Below, in pieces: positions 36,331-47,853 of a stretch of DNA of 47,853 bases. Every line of letters starts with the position of its first letter. The stretch's first letter is position 1. The stretch covers positions 1 to 47,853 of the forward strand of contig NW_021834568.1 of assembly GCF_006345805.1 (NCBI RefSeq), in the 5' to 3' direction. The translations under genes and the position numbers were made by a program. The notes beneath the pieces were generated by a model, which was given only the letters and a program-made list of their open reading frames with translations, had not been told where the DNA came from and searched no databases. This stretch comes from Octopus sinensis. Taxonomy: Eukaryota.

Positions 36331-37496
36331 ATATATATGTGTGTGTGTGTGCGTGTATACACACACACACATACTATTGACACACATGCACATAGAGAAA
36401 GTGACATGCAGATACATATGAGAATAGATACATATAGACCTAAGGACATTTATAAACAAATATGCAACCATATACACTCATACACACACATAAAACACCA
36501 CACAGTTGTTATACTGACATTCAACAATATCTATACAAATATGTGCACACATATAATTGTATTTTTCCCATACACATACACAGAGATAAGTTGACCCACA
36601 TAGTCATGTATGCATGCGCACATAATTTCCTTATAAAGGTGGTAGTGAGGTGGGTGGGAGGGGCACGGGGGATGATTTGGGATTGTATGTGTACATTGCA
36701 CATCTTGTTCAAGTTGACCCTGACAGGAAATTTAAAACCTATTCACCAAAGATACTAATAAGATAGATAAATTGACCAATAGAGAGACCTTCCATAATAT
36801 TTCCAACAGAAATTCAAAGTTATATAGTGTTACTACCCATAAAAGAGATATGTCAACTGAGAGGCCTTCCAGAATATCTCATAAAAATTTCAAGTTATTT
36901 ACCATTTACAGATCAACTGATGTAGGGACCCTTCATAGTGACTCTGATGGAAATTAAGGTTATATATACCATTGATAATTCTAAGATAGATTGATCAATG
37001 CACAGATAGATACTTACATACATATACATGCATACAAATACACACACACACTCATAGTTACACGTATGTACTTCAATCTGAATCATTTTCCCCTCTATGC
37101 AACCAGCTACAGGCAAATAATGAAATGTATTATAATCAAACTAAACAAAACTGAGATTAATGAGTGAGATACCTTTTGAAAAATCACCTAATAAGGCACA
37201 CCTGCACTGAATGATGCACCACAACAAGTTGTAAAGAATCTCACCTATGAGTGACTGATGCACAATGGTCTGAAATGATCATAGTGTCTAATAAAGAGTC
37301 TTGTGAATTCCATTTTCTCTTTCTTCTTTATGTTACATGAACATATAGATACACACACATACAAAACTCATAGTAGTGCTCAAATGATATGGAGATAGTA
37401 ATCCAGATAAATATAGATACACAGAGACATATACAGAAATATAGAGAGATGCACATAACTAAATACATTCAGAAGATAAATACATATGTACAAGGA

Positions 37497-39112
37497 TCAT
37501 CATCATCCTCATCCTTATCATTGTTTAATGTCTGCTTTCCATGCTGGCATGGATTGGATGGCTTGACTGAGAAATAGCAAACCTGGAGACTGCACCAGGC
37601 TCTAATCTGATTTGGCAAGGTTTCTACAGCTGGATGCCTTTCCTAATGCCAACCAATCTGAAAGTTTAGTGGGTGCTTTTATGTATCACCAGCACGGGAA
37701 CCAGTCAGGCGGCACTGGCATCAACCACATTCAAATGGTGCTTATTACATGTCACTGGCATGGGTACCAATCAGGCAGCACTGGCATCGGGCATGCTTGA
37801 ATGGTGCTTTTTACATGCCACCAGCATGGGTGCCAGTCAAGTGGCACTGGCATAAGCCACGCTTGAATAGTACGTTTTATGTGCCACCGGCACAGGCATT
37901 GCCTTTGCTTGAATGGTGCTTTTTATGTGCCAGTCAGGTGGCATTGGCATCGGGCATGACTACGATTTCACTTGGTTCAACTAATCTTCACAAGCATGGT
38001 ATTTTGCCCAATGATTCAAGGGAACTTTTAAATGAGTCGGTTATGCAACACTGGCATCGGCCACAACTATGATCTCACTTGGCTTGCCGGGTCTTCTCAA
38101 GCACAGCATATCTCCAAAGGTATCAGTCACTTGTCATTGCTTCTGTGAGGCCCAATATTCAAAGGTCGTGCTTCACCACCTCATCTCATGTCATTTTGGG
38201 TCTACCTCTTCCACAAGTTCCCTCTAGTATTAGGTTGCGACACTTCTTCACACAACTATTCTCATCCATATACATCACATCACTATACCAGCACAGTCAT
38301 CTCTCTTGCACACCACAACAGATGCTTATTATATCCAACTTTTCTCTCAGGGCGTTTACACTCTGTCGTGTATGCACACTGACATTACACATCCAGCGGA
38401 GCATACTAGCTTCATTTCTTTCAAGCCTATACATGTCCTCAGCAGTCACAGCCCATGTTTCTCTCTGAGCAAAAGGACCTTTGTTACCAGCAGAAGTAGG
38501 AGCTCTCTGAACTCTGCTAAAGCTTTTCTTATTCCAGCAGCTGCTCTCTCATAGCATTCACACCTGCTACTGACTTAGTCACCTAGGTAATGGAAGCTAT
38601 CAACTACTTTTAGTTTTTCCCCCTGGCATGTGATGGAATAAGTTTTCTGTACATTGGTGTTTATTGCACCTACACATCTGCCACACACAAAAACCATCTT
38701 CCTAGTTAACTTTCCGTTGATATTGCTGCACCTTTATGTGTCCATAGCTTATACTGGGTACACCTTATAGAGTTTCTACCTATACCTTTCCTACAGATCA
38801 AGCAGAGCCATCTAAGTGAAGGGATTTGTGATTTATCCGCCTTTCTACTTACTAAGACTTTGGTTTTTGCCAGGTTAACTTTAAGGCTTTTCAATTCTAG
38901 ACCTTGCTTCCACAATGAAACTTTTCTAGTTCTGGTAGTGATTCAGCAAGGTCATCAGCATAGAGGAGCTCCTAGGAATAGCCTGTCCTGAATTCCTCTG
39001 TTATTGCCTGGAGGACTATGATGAACAAGATGGGGCTGAGGACTGATCCTTGGTGAATCCCTACTTCTACCTGGAATTCTTTTCTATACTCGTTGCCAAC
39101 CCTCATAAGGTA
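37497..39112 (-). mobile_element. RTE-clade LINE 3' half
   Basis: ELLYADDL-like and LKVNLAKTKVL motifs; the 3' tail appears as (cat)n at ~37497-37510. Confidence 0.85.
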
Positions 39113-40337
39113 GTATGCTCTGTTAGATGTGCAACATCAGTGTGCATGACTAACAAAGTGCAACTGTGTTGAGAGAAAAGTTAGGCATAAGAGGGATTAA
39201 AAGTGGTATGCAGGAGAGGAGAATGTGTTGGTTTGGATATGTGATACGTATGAGTGAAGACAGCTGTATACAGAAGTGCTTGTTGCTGAAAGTGGATGGT
39301 ACCTGTAGAAAAAGATGTGAGGACTGATCTTAGGATGTTGGGGCTCATGGAGGAGATGACAGTGGACCGAGATGTTTGGCGATATGAGGTTCTAGAGAAG
39401 GCCTGTTTATGAAACTGAATGCTAGAAGAGTTGTGTCCCACTCACATGTAACAAACACACTTTCACCCACTCTACTCTAAGAAATCAAACAACTCCTCTT
39501 CTAATTGCATCTTTCTCTTCCTCTCATTTCCTCTTCATAAATTATGATTGTTTTCCAATCCCCTTTCTTACCCTCACTGCCCTGCTCACTGTATCGCAAC
39601 TCCCCACCTCTACTTTATTTTTCTAATCAGGTTCTATGCTCATATTTTTGTTACTTGGGAGTATATCCTAGCACTACACTATCTCCCTTCTGCTCCCTCT
39701 TACACTTTTGCTGTTTCCTACACACTCTCTTTCTCGCCCCTTGTTTTTCCTCTGACTAGGTAACTAAGTATCTCCTTTACATCACCACACTTGTTTCTGG
39801 CCGCTTTCTTGTATCTCTCTCTCACTGGGCAACCATGTACCTCCTCTATAACAAGACACCTATTTCTGCCTCTCTATTTCTCTGTTACACTCAAACCTTT
39901 CATTATTTAATACTGGATCACCTCCTCTAATGTCTCCTCTGTTGTGGAAAGGCTTGTGTCTCTGTCACACTCTAACCTTTCATCCTCTGATATAAGTCCC
40001 CCCCCCTCAAATGCCCTACCTCTCTCATAATTCCTTGTCTTCTGAGTTACTTGGTTACCCTGTCAGTGCTAGTGCCACACAGTAACATGGTTGGCATTTG
40101 GAAGGGCATCCAGCTGTAACAATCATGCCAAAACTAACCTCGCCTGTGCTAGCGCACGTAAAAAGCACTGAGTCCATTCTGCAGAGTGATTGGTGTTAGG
40201 AAGGTCATCCAGCTGTAAAATCCATGCCAAAACAGATGCAGTAACCTAGTGTAGATTTTCTATCTGGCCAGCTTCTGTCAACCATCCTACCCTTGCATGC
40301 ATGGAAGCTGGATGTTAAACGATGATAATGATGATGA
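39113..40337 (+). mobile_element. RTE-clade LINE 3' end
   Basis: Similar to 22440-23890; ends gttaaacgatgataatgatgatgat. Confidence 0.85.
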
Positions 40338-40369
40338 TATATATATATATATACATATATCTCTAACTC

Positions 40370-42272
40370 TTTTAGTCATTGCAGCTATGCAACTGCAGTT
40401 ATGCTAGAGCACCACCGTGGTCTTGTTGATTTCCTCAGTCTGGGGTGCTTCACATCATCATTCCTGTATGTGCCTTTGTCCCAGCTGCTGGCCCATTTGG
40501 TGTATAAGGGTGTTTGATTCTGCTGTCCTGGTCTGTACCTCATGTTGGGTTTTTGGTCCACCCAGTATTGTAGAGAGGAAGATGTCTAGTTCCTTTTTGA
40601 AGACATCTACACATCCTTATGCGGATTTCTTAATTTTTGTGGCAGAGCATTGAAGAGCTGTGGGCCTTTGAACCTTAGACTATTGCAGTAACTAGTCCTG
40701 AATTTAGATGGAGTGGATAGTACCTTTGGTAGAATACAAAGGCAGCCAATTCTGGCATTTGTATATCACTCAATGCCGAAGTTAGGTACTAGCCCTTCTG
40801 GGATTTTCCATGTGCATATTGTTGCATATCTCTCATGCCTTTGCTCCAAGGAGTAAAGCTGTAGTTTTCTCAGCCTATCCATGTAGCTCATCCGTTACAC
40901 TGTTTCAATCTTTTTAATGTAGTAGCATTGGACTGCTTCAAGCTCCACTGTTAGTTTGGCACTATGTGGTGACCATAACTTGGAGTAGTAGTCCAGGTGG
41001 CTGAGAACAAAGGCTCTCCACAGGATCAACATAGTTTCTTGGTCTCTTGTCTTGAAGGACCTCAGTATCCATCCTGCCAGTTGTCTGAACTTCACTGCCA
41101 TCTTGCTAATGTGCATATAAAATGATGTGCCGTTGCACATACTGATCCCCAAGTCTTTCACTTCCTATGTCTCTGGGATTTCAGTGCCTTCAGGTCTTGT
41201 ATATGCAGGCTGTAGTGCATTCGTGAGTTGATAGTGTGGTGCTTGAAATTTCCCAGCATTAAACTGCATGTTGTTTATTTCGGCCAACTTGTATATTGAA
41301 TTCAGGTCCTGCTGTAAGCTTGCAATGTCATTTAGACTTTTTATTGCCTGTGATAATTTTGTATCATTGGCATGTCTAAAAGGGATATCATGGCCCCAGA
41401 ACAGTTCTCTAGGATTTGAGTTTCCTCAGAAAGGGCAGTAACTGCCTGACTTCTGTCTTTAAGGAAGTCATGCAGCCACTCTCCCAATTTACCAGTAATG
41501 CCATGGTCTCGGACCATATGACATATCATGCCACGATCTACCTTATCAAATGCCTTAGCAAAGTCAAGGTATATCACACTGACATCTGAATGGTGAAGCA
41601 GCTGTTTCAAAACTGAGCCATATTGCTGTAAAAGCTGTGTGAGGCAGCTTCTTCCTGGACAAAAGCCATGCTATGTATTGTTTAGTAGTTCATTTTCTTC
41701 TAGGAATATTGGAATATTATCAGCTTCTTTCTGATGATTTACTCCATGACTTTACTGATATGCGAAGTCAGAGAGATTAGCCTGTATTTTTTGGCCTGTG
41801 CTCTGCTTCTACTTTTGTGGATAAGGCATATAATGCTTTCTTTTAGATTTTGACAAAGTTTACCACTTGCAAAGAAACTTTTGGAAATATATCTGAAGTG
41901 GTTTTGCAAAAGCCTGTTTACATGACTTCAGGAGAATAGCTGGGAAGCCATCAGGACCAGTTGTGGAGCTTGAGCTCATTTCATCTATGGAAGCTGTTAC
42001 ATCTGTCTCTTCAATGTTGATGTAATCAATGGTTGGCGCCTCCTTTTTTAGAGCTGCAATATTAAACAATTCAGTCAGGTTTTTTTTTATCTGCATGTGC
42101 CCAAGGATGAAAGTGAAGACACTTTGAAATTGTTCACTGAAGATCTCACTTATCCTCTCTGGGTCTGCTGTTAGTGAGCCATTCCCTTGGAACAATGGTC
42201 CAATTCTATATTGTATTGTGGCTGTTTCTTTTGCAAATCTACAGAAAGCTTTAGGGTTTGTTTTTATGCTGA
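40370..42272 (-). mobile_element. CR1-type LINE copy C (diverged subfamily), RT plus 3' end
   Basis: TGPDGFPAILLK, YLDFAKAFDKVD, HLDYYSKLWSP and FKGPQLFNALP motifs; the 3' tail ggtggtgctctagcat... is at 40370-40416. Confidence 0.87.
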
Positions 42273-42700
42273 GGGATAAAAGGTTGAGTATGGAAGTAAA
42301 AAGAGGTGTGTATGAGGGCATGATTGTGCTGACAATGTTATATGGTACAGAGACGTGAGGGCTGAGAGAGGCAGAAAGGAGGCGACTAGATGTGTTTGAG
42401 ATGAGATGTCTGAGGGCTACAGTTGGTGTGACATGGATGGACAGGATAAGAAATGAGGTGTAAAGGTGAGCAGGAATGAGAAAAAAACTAACAACCAAAA
42501 TGGCTAGATGGATGGAGAAGATGGATGAGGAGTGGATGGTAAGGAGGGTGATGAAGGCAAAAGTGGTAGGTAGCAGAACCAGAGGCAGACCTCGGTTTGT
42601 ATGGATGGATGGAGTGAGGAAACTTTGGTGGTTAGAGGTGTTGGAGTGAGAGAGGCAAGAGAGTTTATAAATGATAGGAAAACTTGGAGAGTGTTTGTGG
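42273..42700 (+). mobile_element. RTE-clade LINE 3' fragment (different family)
   Basis: VYEGMIVLTMLYGTET...RRRLDVFEMRCLR...RGRPR..WMDGV. Confidence 0.8.
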
Positions 42701-42729
42701 ATGGATGGTGGTACTGTCATTGGCCACAG

Positions 42730-43870
42730 CAATGACTTCACTTAACTCAACAGATCTTCGCAAGCACAGTTTACTGCTCAATGATTGAAGGGTACTCTTA
42801 GATCGGCCATGGTTACAGTCTCATTTGGCTTGCTGAGTCTTCTCAAGCACAGCATATCTCCAAAGGTTTTGGTCACTTGTCATTACCTCTGTGAGGCACA
42901 ACCTTTGAAGGTTACGCTTCACAACCTCATCCCAGGCCTTCCTGGGTCTACCTCTTCCACAGGTTCACTCTACTGCTCAGGTGTGACACATTTTCACACA
43001 GCTGTCCTCATCCCTTCTCACCATATGACCATACCAGCACAGTCATCTCTCTTGCACACCACATCTGATGCTTCTAAGGTCCAACTTTTCTCTCAGGGGG
43101 CTTACGCTCTGTTGTGTATGAACACTGACATTACACATCCAGCGGAGCATACTAGCTTCATTCCTTGCAAGCTTAAGCATGTCCTCAGCAGTCATGGCCC
43201 ATGTTTCACTGCCATATAGCATGGCTGTTCGCACACATGCTTCATACAGCAGATGTAGGAGCTCTCTGAACTTTGCCCAAGCTATTCTTTTTCTAACAGC
43301 TACACTTTCAGTGCACCCACCTCTGCTACTGACTTGGTCACCTAGATAAAGGAAGCTATCAACTACTAATTTTTCTCCCTGGAATGTGGCAGAAGTTGGT
43401 CTCTGCACACTTTCAGTGTTTATTGCCCCTGAGCATTTGCCACACACAAAAACTATCTTCCCAGTTAGCCTTCCTTTGGTATTGCTGCATGTCTTATGTG
43501 TCCATAGTTTACACCGGGTACATCTTATGGGGTTCCTACCTATGCCTTTTCTACAGATCGAGCAGGGCCATCTACCTGAAGGTATTTATAATTGGTCTGC
43601 CTTCCTACCTATTAAGACTTTGGTTTTTGCTAGATTGACTCTAAGGCTCTTTGATTCTAGACATTGCTTCCACACCTGAAACTTCTCATCTAGTTCTGAT
43701 AGAGACTCAGCTATTATAGCAAGGTCATCAGCATAGAGGAGCTCCCAGGGGCATCCAGTCTTGAATTCCTCTGTTATTGCCTGGAGGACTATGATGAATA
43801 AGAGGAGACTGAGGACTGATCCTTGGTGCACCAGGGCTTTCTCCATATCAATGAAAGCCAGGTACAGAGG
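42730..43870 (-). mobile_element. RTE-clade LINE RT fragment
   Basis: HQGSVLSLLLF, WELLYADDL, MLYGSETW. Confidence 0.87.
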
Positions 43871-44064
43871 TTTATCTTTGACTAGGTATATGTATGTATA
43901 TGTATGTGTGTGTGTGTGTATGCATATATATATATATATAATATAAAACAAGCTGATGAGGTTGTATGCCAAATACCATGATATATATATATATATATAT
44001 ATTAGGAAACTTAAAGTGGGGTAATCTATAGTTACCTTGATACTTTGGTGAATGGAGTTAGCTA

Positions 44065-45134
44065 ATGTAGACGATAACGAAGAGATTGAGAAGAACGTAA
44101 TAGAGAGCATCCAGCAAATAGCTAACTCCATTCACCAAAGTATCAAGGTAACTATAGATTACCCTACTAAGAACCCTAACAATAGACTCCCTGTACTTGA
44201 TACTGAACTTTGGTTAGAGAATGTGAACAATAGAGTGCAGCTCCTTCACTCTTATTATATGAAACCTGTAACTTCAAAATATGTTGTTCACAAGAACTCA
44301 GCTTTGTCACACAACATGAAAATTAACATACTAATAGCAGACCTAGTTAGAATAATGAACAATGTGTCCCCACTATACGAACCCTATGAAATGAAGAAAC
44401 ATATACAGAACTTCATACACCGCATGCAGTTCTCTGGATATAATCAGAAAGATAGGGTTTGTGTATACAAGGGGTCTAGAAAGAAATTAGATAACATTAT
44501 ACGTAATGATACCAGTGGTACCTGCCCTAGATATAGAAACAAAGAATGGAATAGAATACATAGAACTTGTGACAAAGCAAACAGGGCGAACACATGGTAT
44601 AAAACCAACAAATATCAAGGAGTAATATTTGTAGAGGCCACAGCCCATGGAGAACTAGCCCGTAGATTTACAAAAGCTCTGAAGGAGACCAAACTCAACA
44701 TTAAAATTGTTGAAAAGCCAGGGAACTCCGTCAGATTACAACTATGTAGGACGTACCCGTTTAAGAATACCATATGCACCAATGATAACTGCATGGTATG
44801 TAGAATTAGCCCTGGTGTTAACTGTAGAACTCGAAAGGTAGTTTACAGCATAAGATGCATAGAAGGTGCTTGTAAGGACATGAACATGATGTACATAGGG
44901 GAGACGTCTAGGAGCATTGCAGAATGGATAAATGGACATCTAAGACAATATGACAACAGAAAACAGTCCTCCATGCTCTACCAACATGCCAAAGACCACC
45001 ATGGAGGTAACTTGGGTCAACTTGACATCCGCATCTTATCCAAGCACCCAAAAGACCAAACACTCAGACAAATACGGGAGTACGTCCTTATAAATGAAAC
45101 CTCCCCAATATTAAATAGGAAATATACACAATAA
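44065..45134 (+). CDS. 5'-truncated Penelope-like element ORF: RT thumb, Cys linker, GIY-YIG endonuclease (Neptune-like)
   Basis: Stop-free frame with LPVLDTELW and YMKP..., linker CTNDNCMVC, VVYSIRC...C...YIGETSRS, LYQH..DHH and RQIRE..LI...P.LNRK. Confidence 0.9.
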
Positions 45135-45299
45135 ATACCATACCTCCATACCCACATTTTACACAGGTAGAGTAGAATAGTTAGTGGACTATCAGGTACA
45201 TAAATGTGTGTATGTATGCCTTTTTTTTAAATTTTATTTATTTATTAAAAAAATTTTTTTTTCTGTATGTAAGCATTTAGATATGTAAATAAACAGATC

Positions 45300-45670
45300 A
45301 ATATACAGACGGATAGGTATATAGACTATATGAACAGACGCATATGGAGACACGGATCCACACATATAAAGATACACATCCATACATACAAACATGGTAC
45401 ATAGTTACATAACACACACACACACACACAGACATGCACACGCAAGGAGACAGAGGTGCATACATATACAAACACATGGACACACACATAGAAAATACAC
45501 AAACATGGACAGGCAAGCACATAAAGATGCACACTCATACATACATACATACATATGCATACACACACATATATACATACATACACATGCAAAAACACAT
45601 ACGTACGTACATGCATGCATGTATAGGCACACACACACATACTTACCCACACACATGCACACAAACAAAC
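45300..45670. repeat. Mixed (CA)/(TA)/(CATA) microsatellite
   Basis: Low-complexity tract that explains several spurious ORFs in the track. Confidence 0.85.
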
Positions 45671-45799
45671 AAAAGGGAACGCAGTGTAAATAACAGACAG
45701 AGTGAAGACTATTGAAAAGGTTGCAAGATGCAACGAAAATTTTAGAAAATAAAAATAAGTGGAAATTTTACCGGTGAGTGTGTTAAATAATAAGGCAGA

Positions 45800-47565
45800 T
45801 ATATATTATGGCATATCTTTCTCGCCTACGCTCCAAGGAATAGAGTTTTAATCTCTTGAGTCTTTCCCAGTAGCTTATATGCTGCACAGAGGCTATCTTC
45901 TTCGTGTAGCTTTGTTGGATCGCTTCAAGTTCTGTGATCAACTTGACACTGGATGGTGACCATAGCTGAGAGCAATAGTCAATGTGGTTTAGGACAAGTG
46001 TCTTCCAGAGGACCATCATGGTTTCTTGTTCTCTTGTTCTAAAGGTTCTAAAAATCCATCCGGCCAGCCGTCTACATTTCATTACCAGTTTAGCAACATG
46101 TACACGAAAGGTTGCGTCATCACTCATGTGAATACCCAGGTCATGCACTGATTGTGCCTCTGGGATTGCAATCCCTCCAGGTCCAGTGTATTCATTGGGT
46201 ATTGCATTCAGTTTTGCATGCTGATAGCATAAAGCTTGAAACTTTTCAGCATTGAACTGCATGCTATTCTTTTCAGCCCACTTGTATATTTTGTCCAGCT
46301 CACATTGCAGGTGCTTAATGTCTTCAGGGTTCTGTATTGCCTGTGAAACTTTTGTATCATCTGCATAACTTGTGATCGTGGGTCTCTGCGTGGCTGAGGG
46401 CATGTCTGAGAGGGCCATTATGAACAGTAGTGGTCCCAAAACAGTGCCCTGCGGAACACCGCTCACTATTTGCGTGCTAATGGAAGTGGCCCCATTGGCT
46501 ACTACCACCTGATTTCTATCCTTCAGAAAGTCATGAAGCCATTCTCCCAATTTTCCAACTATGCCAAGATCACGCAGTTTGTGACATATCATTCCATGAT
46601 CGACTTTATCAAAGGCCTTTGCAAAGTCGAGATATATGACTTCCACATTTGAGTGGTTGAGCAGTCATTTCAGCACCCAGTCAGTGTTGTAGGAGCTGAG
46701 TTAAGCAGCTTCTCCCTGGTCGGAAACCATGTTGGGTGTCAGGCAGCAAGTCATTTTCTTCAAGGAAGGTGATTACTTTCCTTCTGACTATTCGTTCCAT
46801 GACCTTGCTGATGTGTGAGGTCAGAGAGATAGGTCTATAGTTCTTGGCTTCCACTCTGCTACCTCCTTTATGAATGGGGCATATTTTACCTTACTTCAGT
46901 TTTCTTGGAAGTTTGCCAGTTGCAAGGAAGCTCTGAAAGAGAGACTGCATTGGTCTTGCTAGGACTCTCTTACATACTTTTAGAAGGATTGCCGGGAATC
47001 CATCGGGGCCAGTAGCTGAGTTTGTTTTCATCACATCTATAGCCTTTATTACATCGTCTACCTTTATATTGATGTAATCAATGATCGCCGCCTCCGACCC
47101 CATATCTGCAGTGGTGAAGAAGTCAGTTGGATTGCAGATTTGGAAATGCCCAAGGGGTGGGGTGAAAACACTCTTGAATTGCTCATTTAGTATTTCACTT
47201 ACCCTCATTGGATTTCCTGTGAGTATGCCATCCCTTTCAAGGAGTGGCCCTATCCTACAGTGCACCGTAGCTGTTTATTTGGCATACCTGTAGAAAGCTC
47301 TGGGGTTAGATTTTATGTTGTCTATAGCCCAGACTTCTTTGTCTGCTCTTTCCTTTTCATGGGAGAATTGCAGACAGTTTTCAATTTCCAACAGTTTCAT
47401 TTTCAGGCCGGACTTTTCACTGCTTTCAATTTGTTTGTTTAGGCGATTCGAGATTTTTGTACGCCGTCTCATTAAAATTTTCCTCTCTCTGGGGATTTTG
47501 TTCTTGTGTACAGTGGCCTTTCTCTCTGGGACACATTTGAAGCATATGGCTTGCATTACAAACAT
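45800..47565 (-). mobile_element. CR1-type LINE copy B, internal fragment closely related to copy A
   Basis: Near-colinear with ~4610-6350; both ends are lost into TA tracts. Confidence 0.92.
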
Positions 47566-47676
47566 GTATATATATATATATATATATAAAGATGAGTTAG
47601 GGTGAATATTTGAATACTTGATAACTGTAAGCACTTGTATAGTGTCCTCAGAGGCGGTGACGATATATATATATAG

Positions 47677-47707
<31 letters not shown>

Positions 47708-47781
47708 GATATATATATATACATATATATATAGATATATATACATATACATATATATATATAATATATATATACATATAC

Positions 47782-47813
<32 letters not shown>

Positions 47814-47853
47814 ATACATATACATATATATACATATACATATATACATATAC
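47566..47853. repeat. (TA)n/(TACA)n microsatellite with a short unique island at ~47590-47662
   Basis: Read directly from the sequence. Confidence 0.85.

Noticed and set aside
36907-37280. Candidate upstream MTMR micro-exons (near 36907-36947 and 37250-37275)
   Set aside because: The 36907-36947 candidate has no open frame ending in the required phase 1, and neither gives an MTMR-like peptide. Upstream exons probably lie beyond the window.
41860-42741. 293-aa ORF
   Set aside because: Chimeric read-through of an antisense RTE fragment into a CR1 fragment.
43586-44131. 181-aa ORF
   Set aside because: Antisense PLE, then microsatellite, then RTE RT, joined in frame by chance.

Overview
AT-rich, microsatellite-dense animal genomic DNA. 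The repeat families resemble those I recall from octopus or other cephalopods, but that assignment is an inference. The only host gene I can support is the 3' part of a minus-strand MTMR10/11/12-type myotubularin pseudophosphatase, with three spliced exons at 32149-32000, 29921-29752 and 26991-26224. Almost everything else is transposon-derived: CR1-type LINEs (one carrying a CCCH zinc-finger ORF1), many RTE fragments, a Penelope-like RT/GIY-YIG ORF, two Helitrons (one encoding 23-aa STPR-like repeats), a non-autonomous Gypsy element plus a solo LTR, Merlin and mariner relics, and tRNA-SINEs. The most striking signal, absent from the ORF track, is four hammerhead-ribozyme (HHR) motifs. Two have intact catalytic cores (953-995 and 25294-25396) and share a 20-nt downstream motif; one is decayed; one sits inside a tRNA-headed SINE. 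All coordinates were read by eye, and element edges are approximate unless TSDs or splice sites are quoted.
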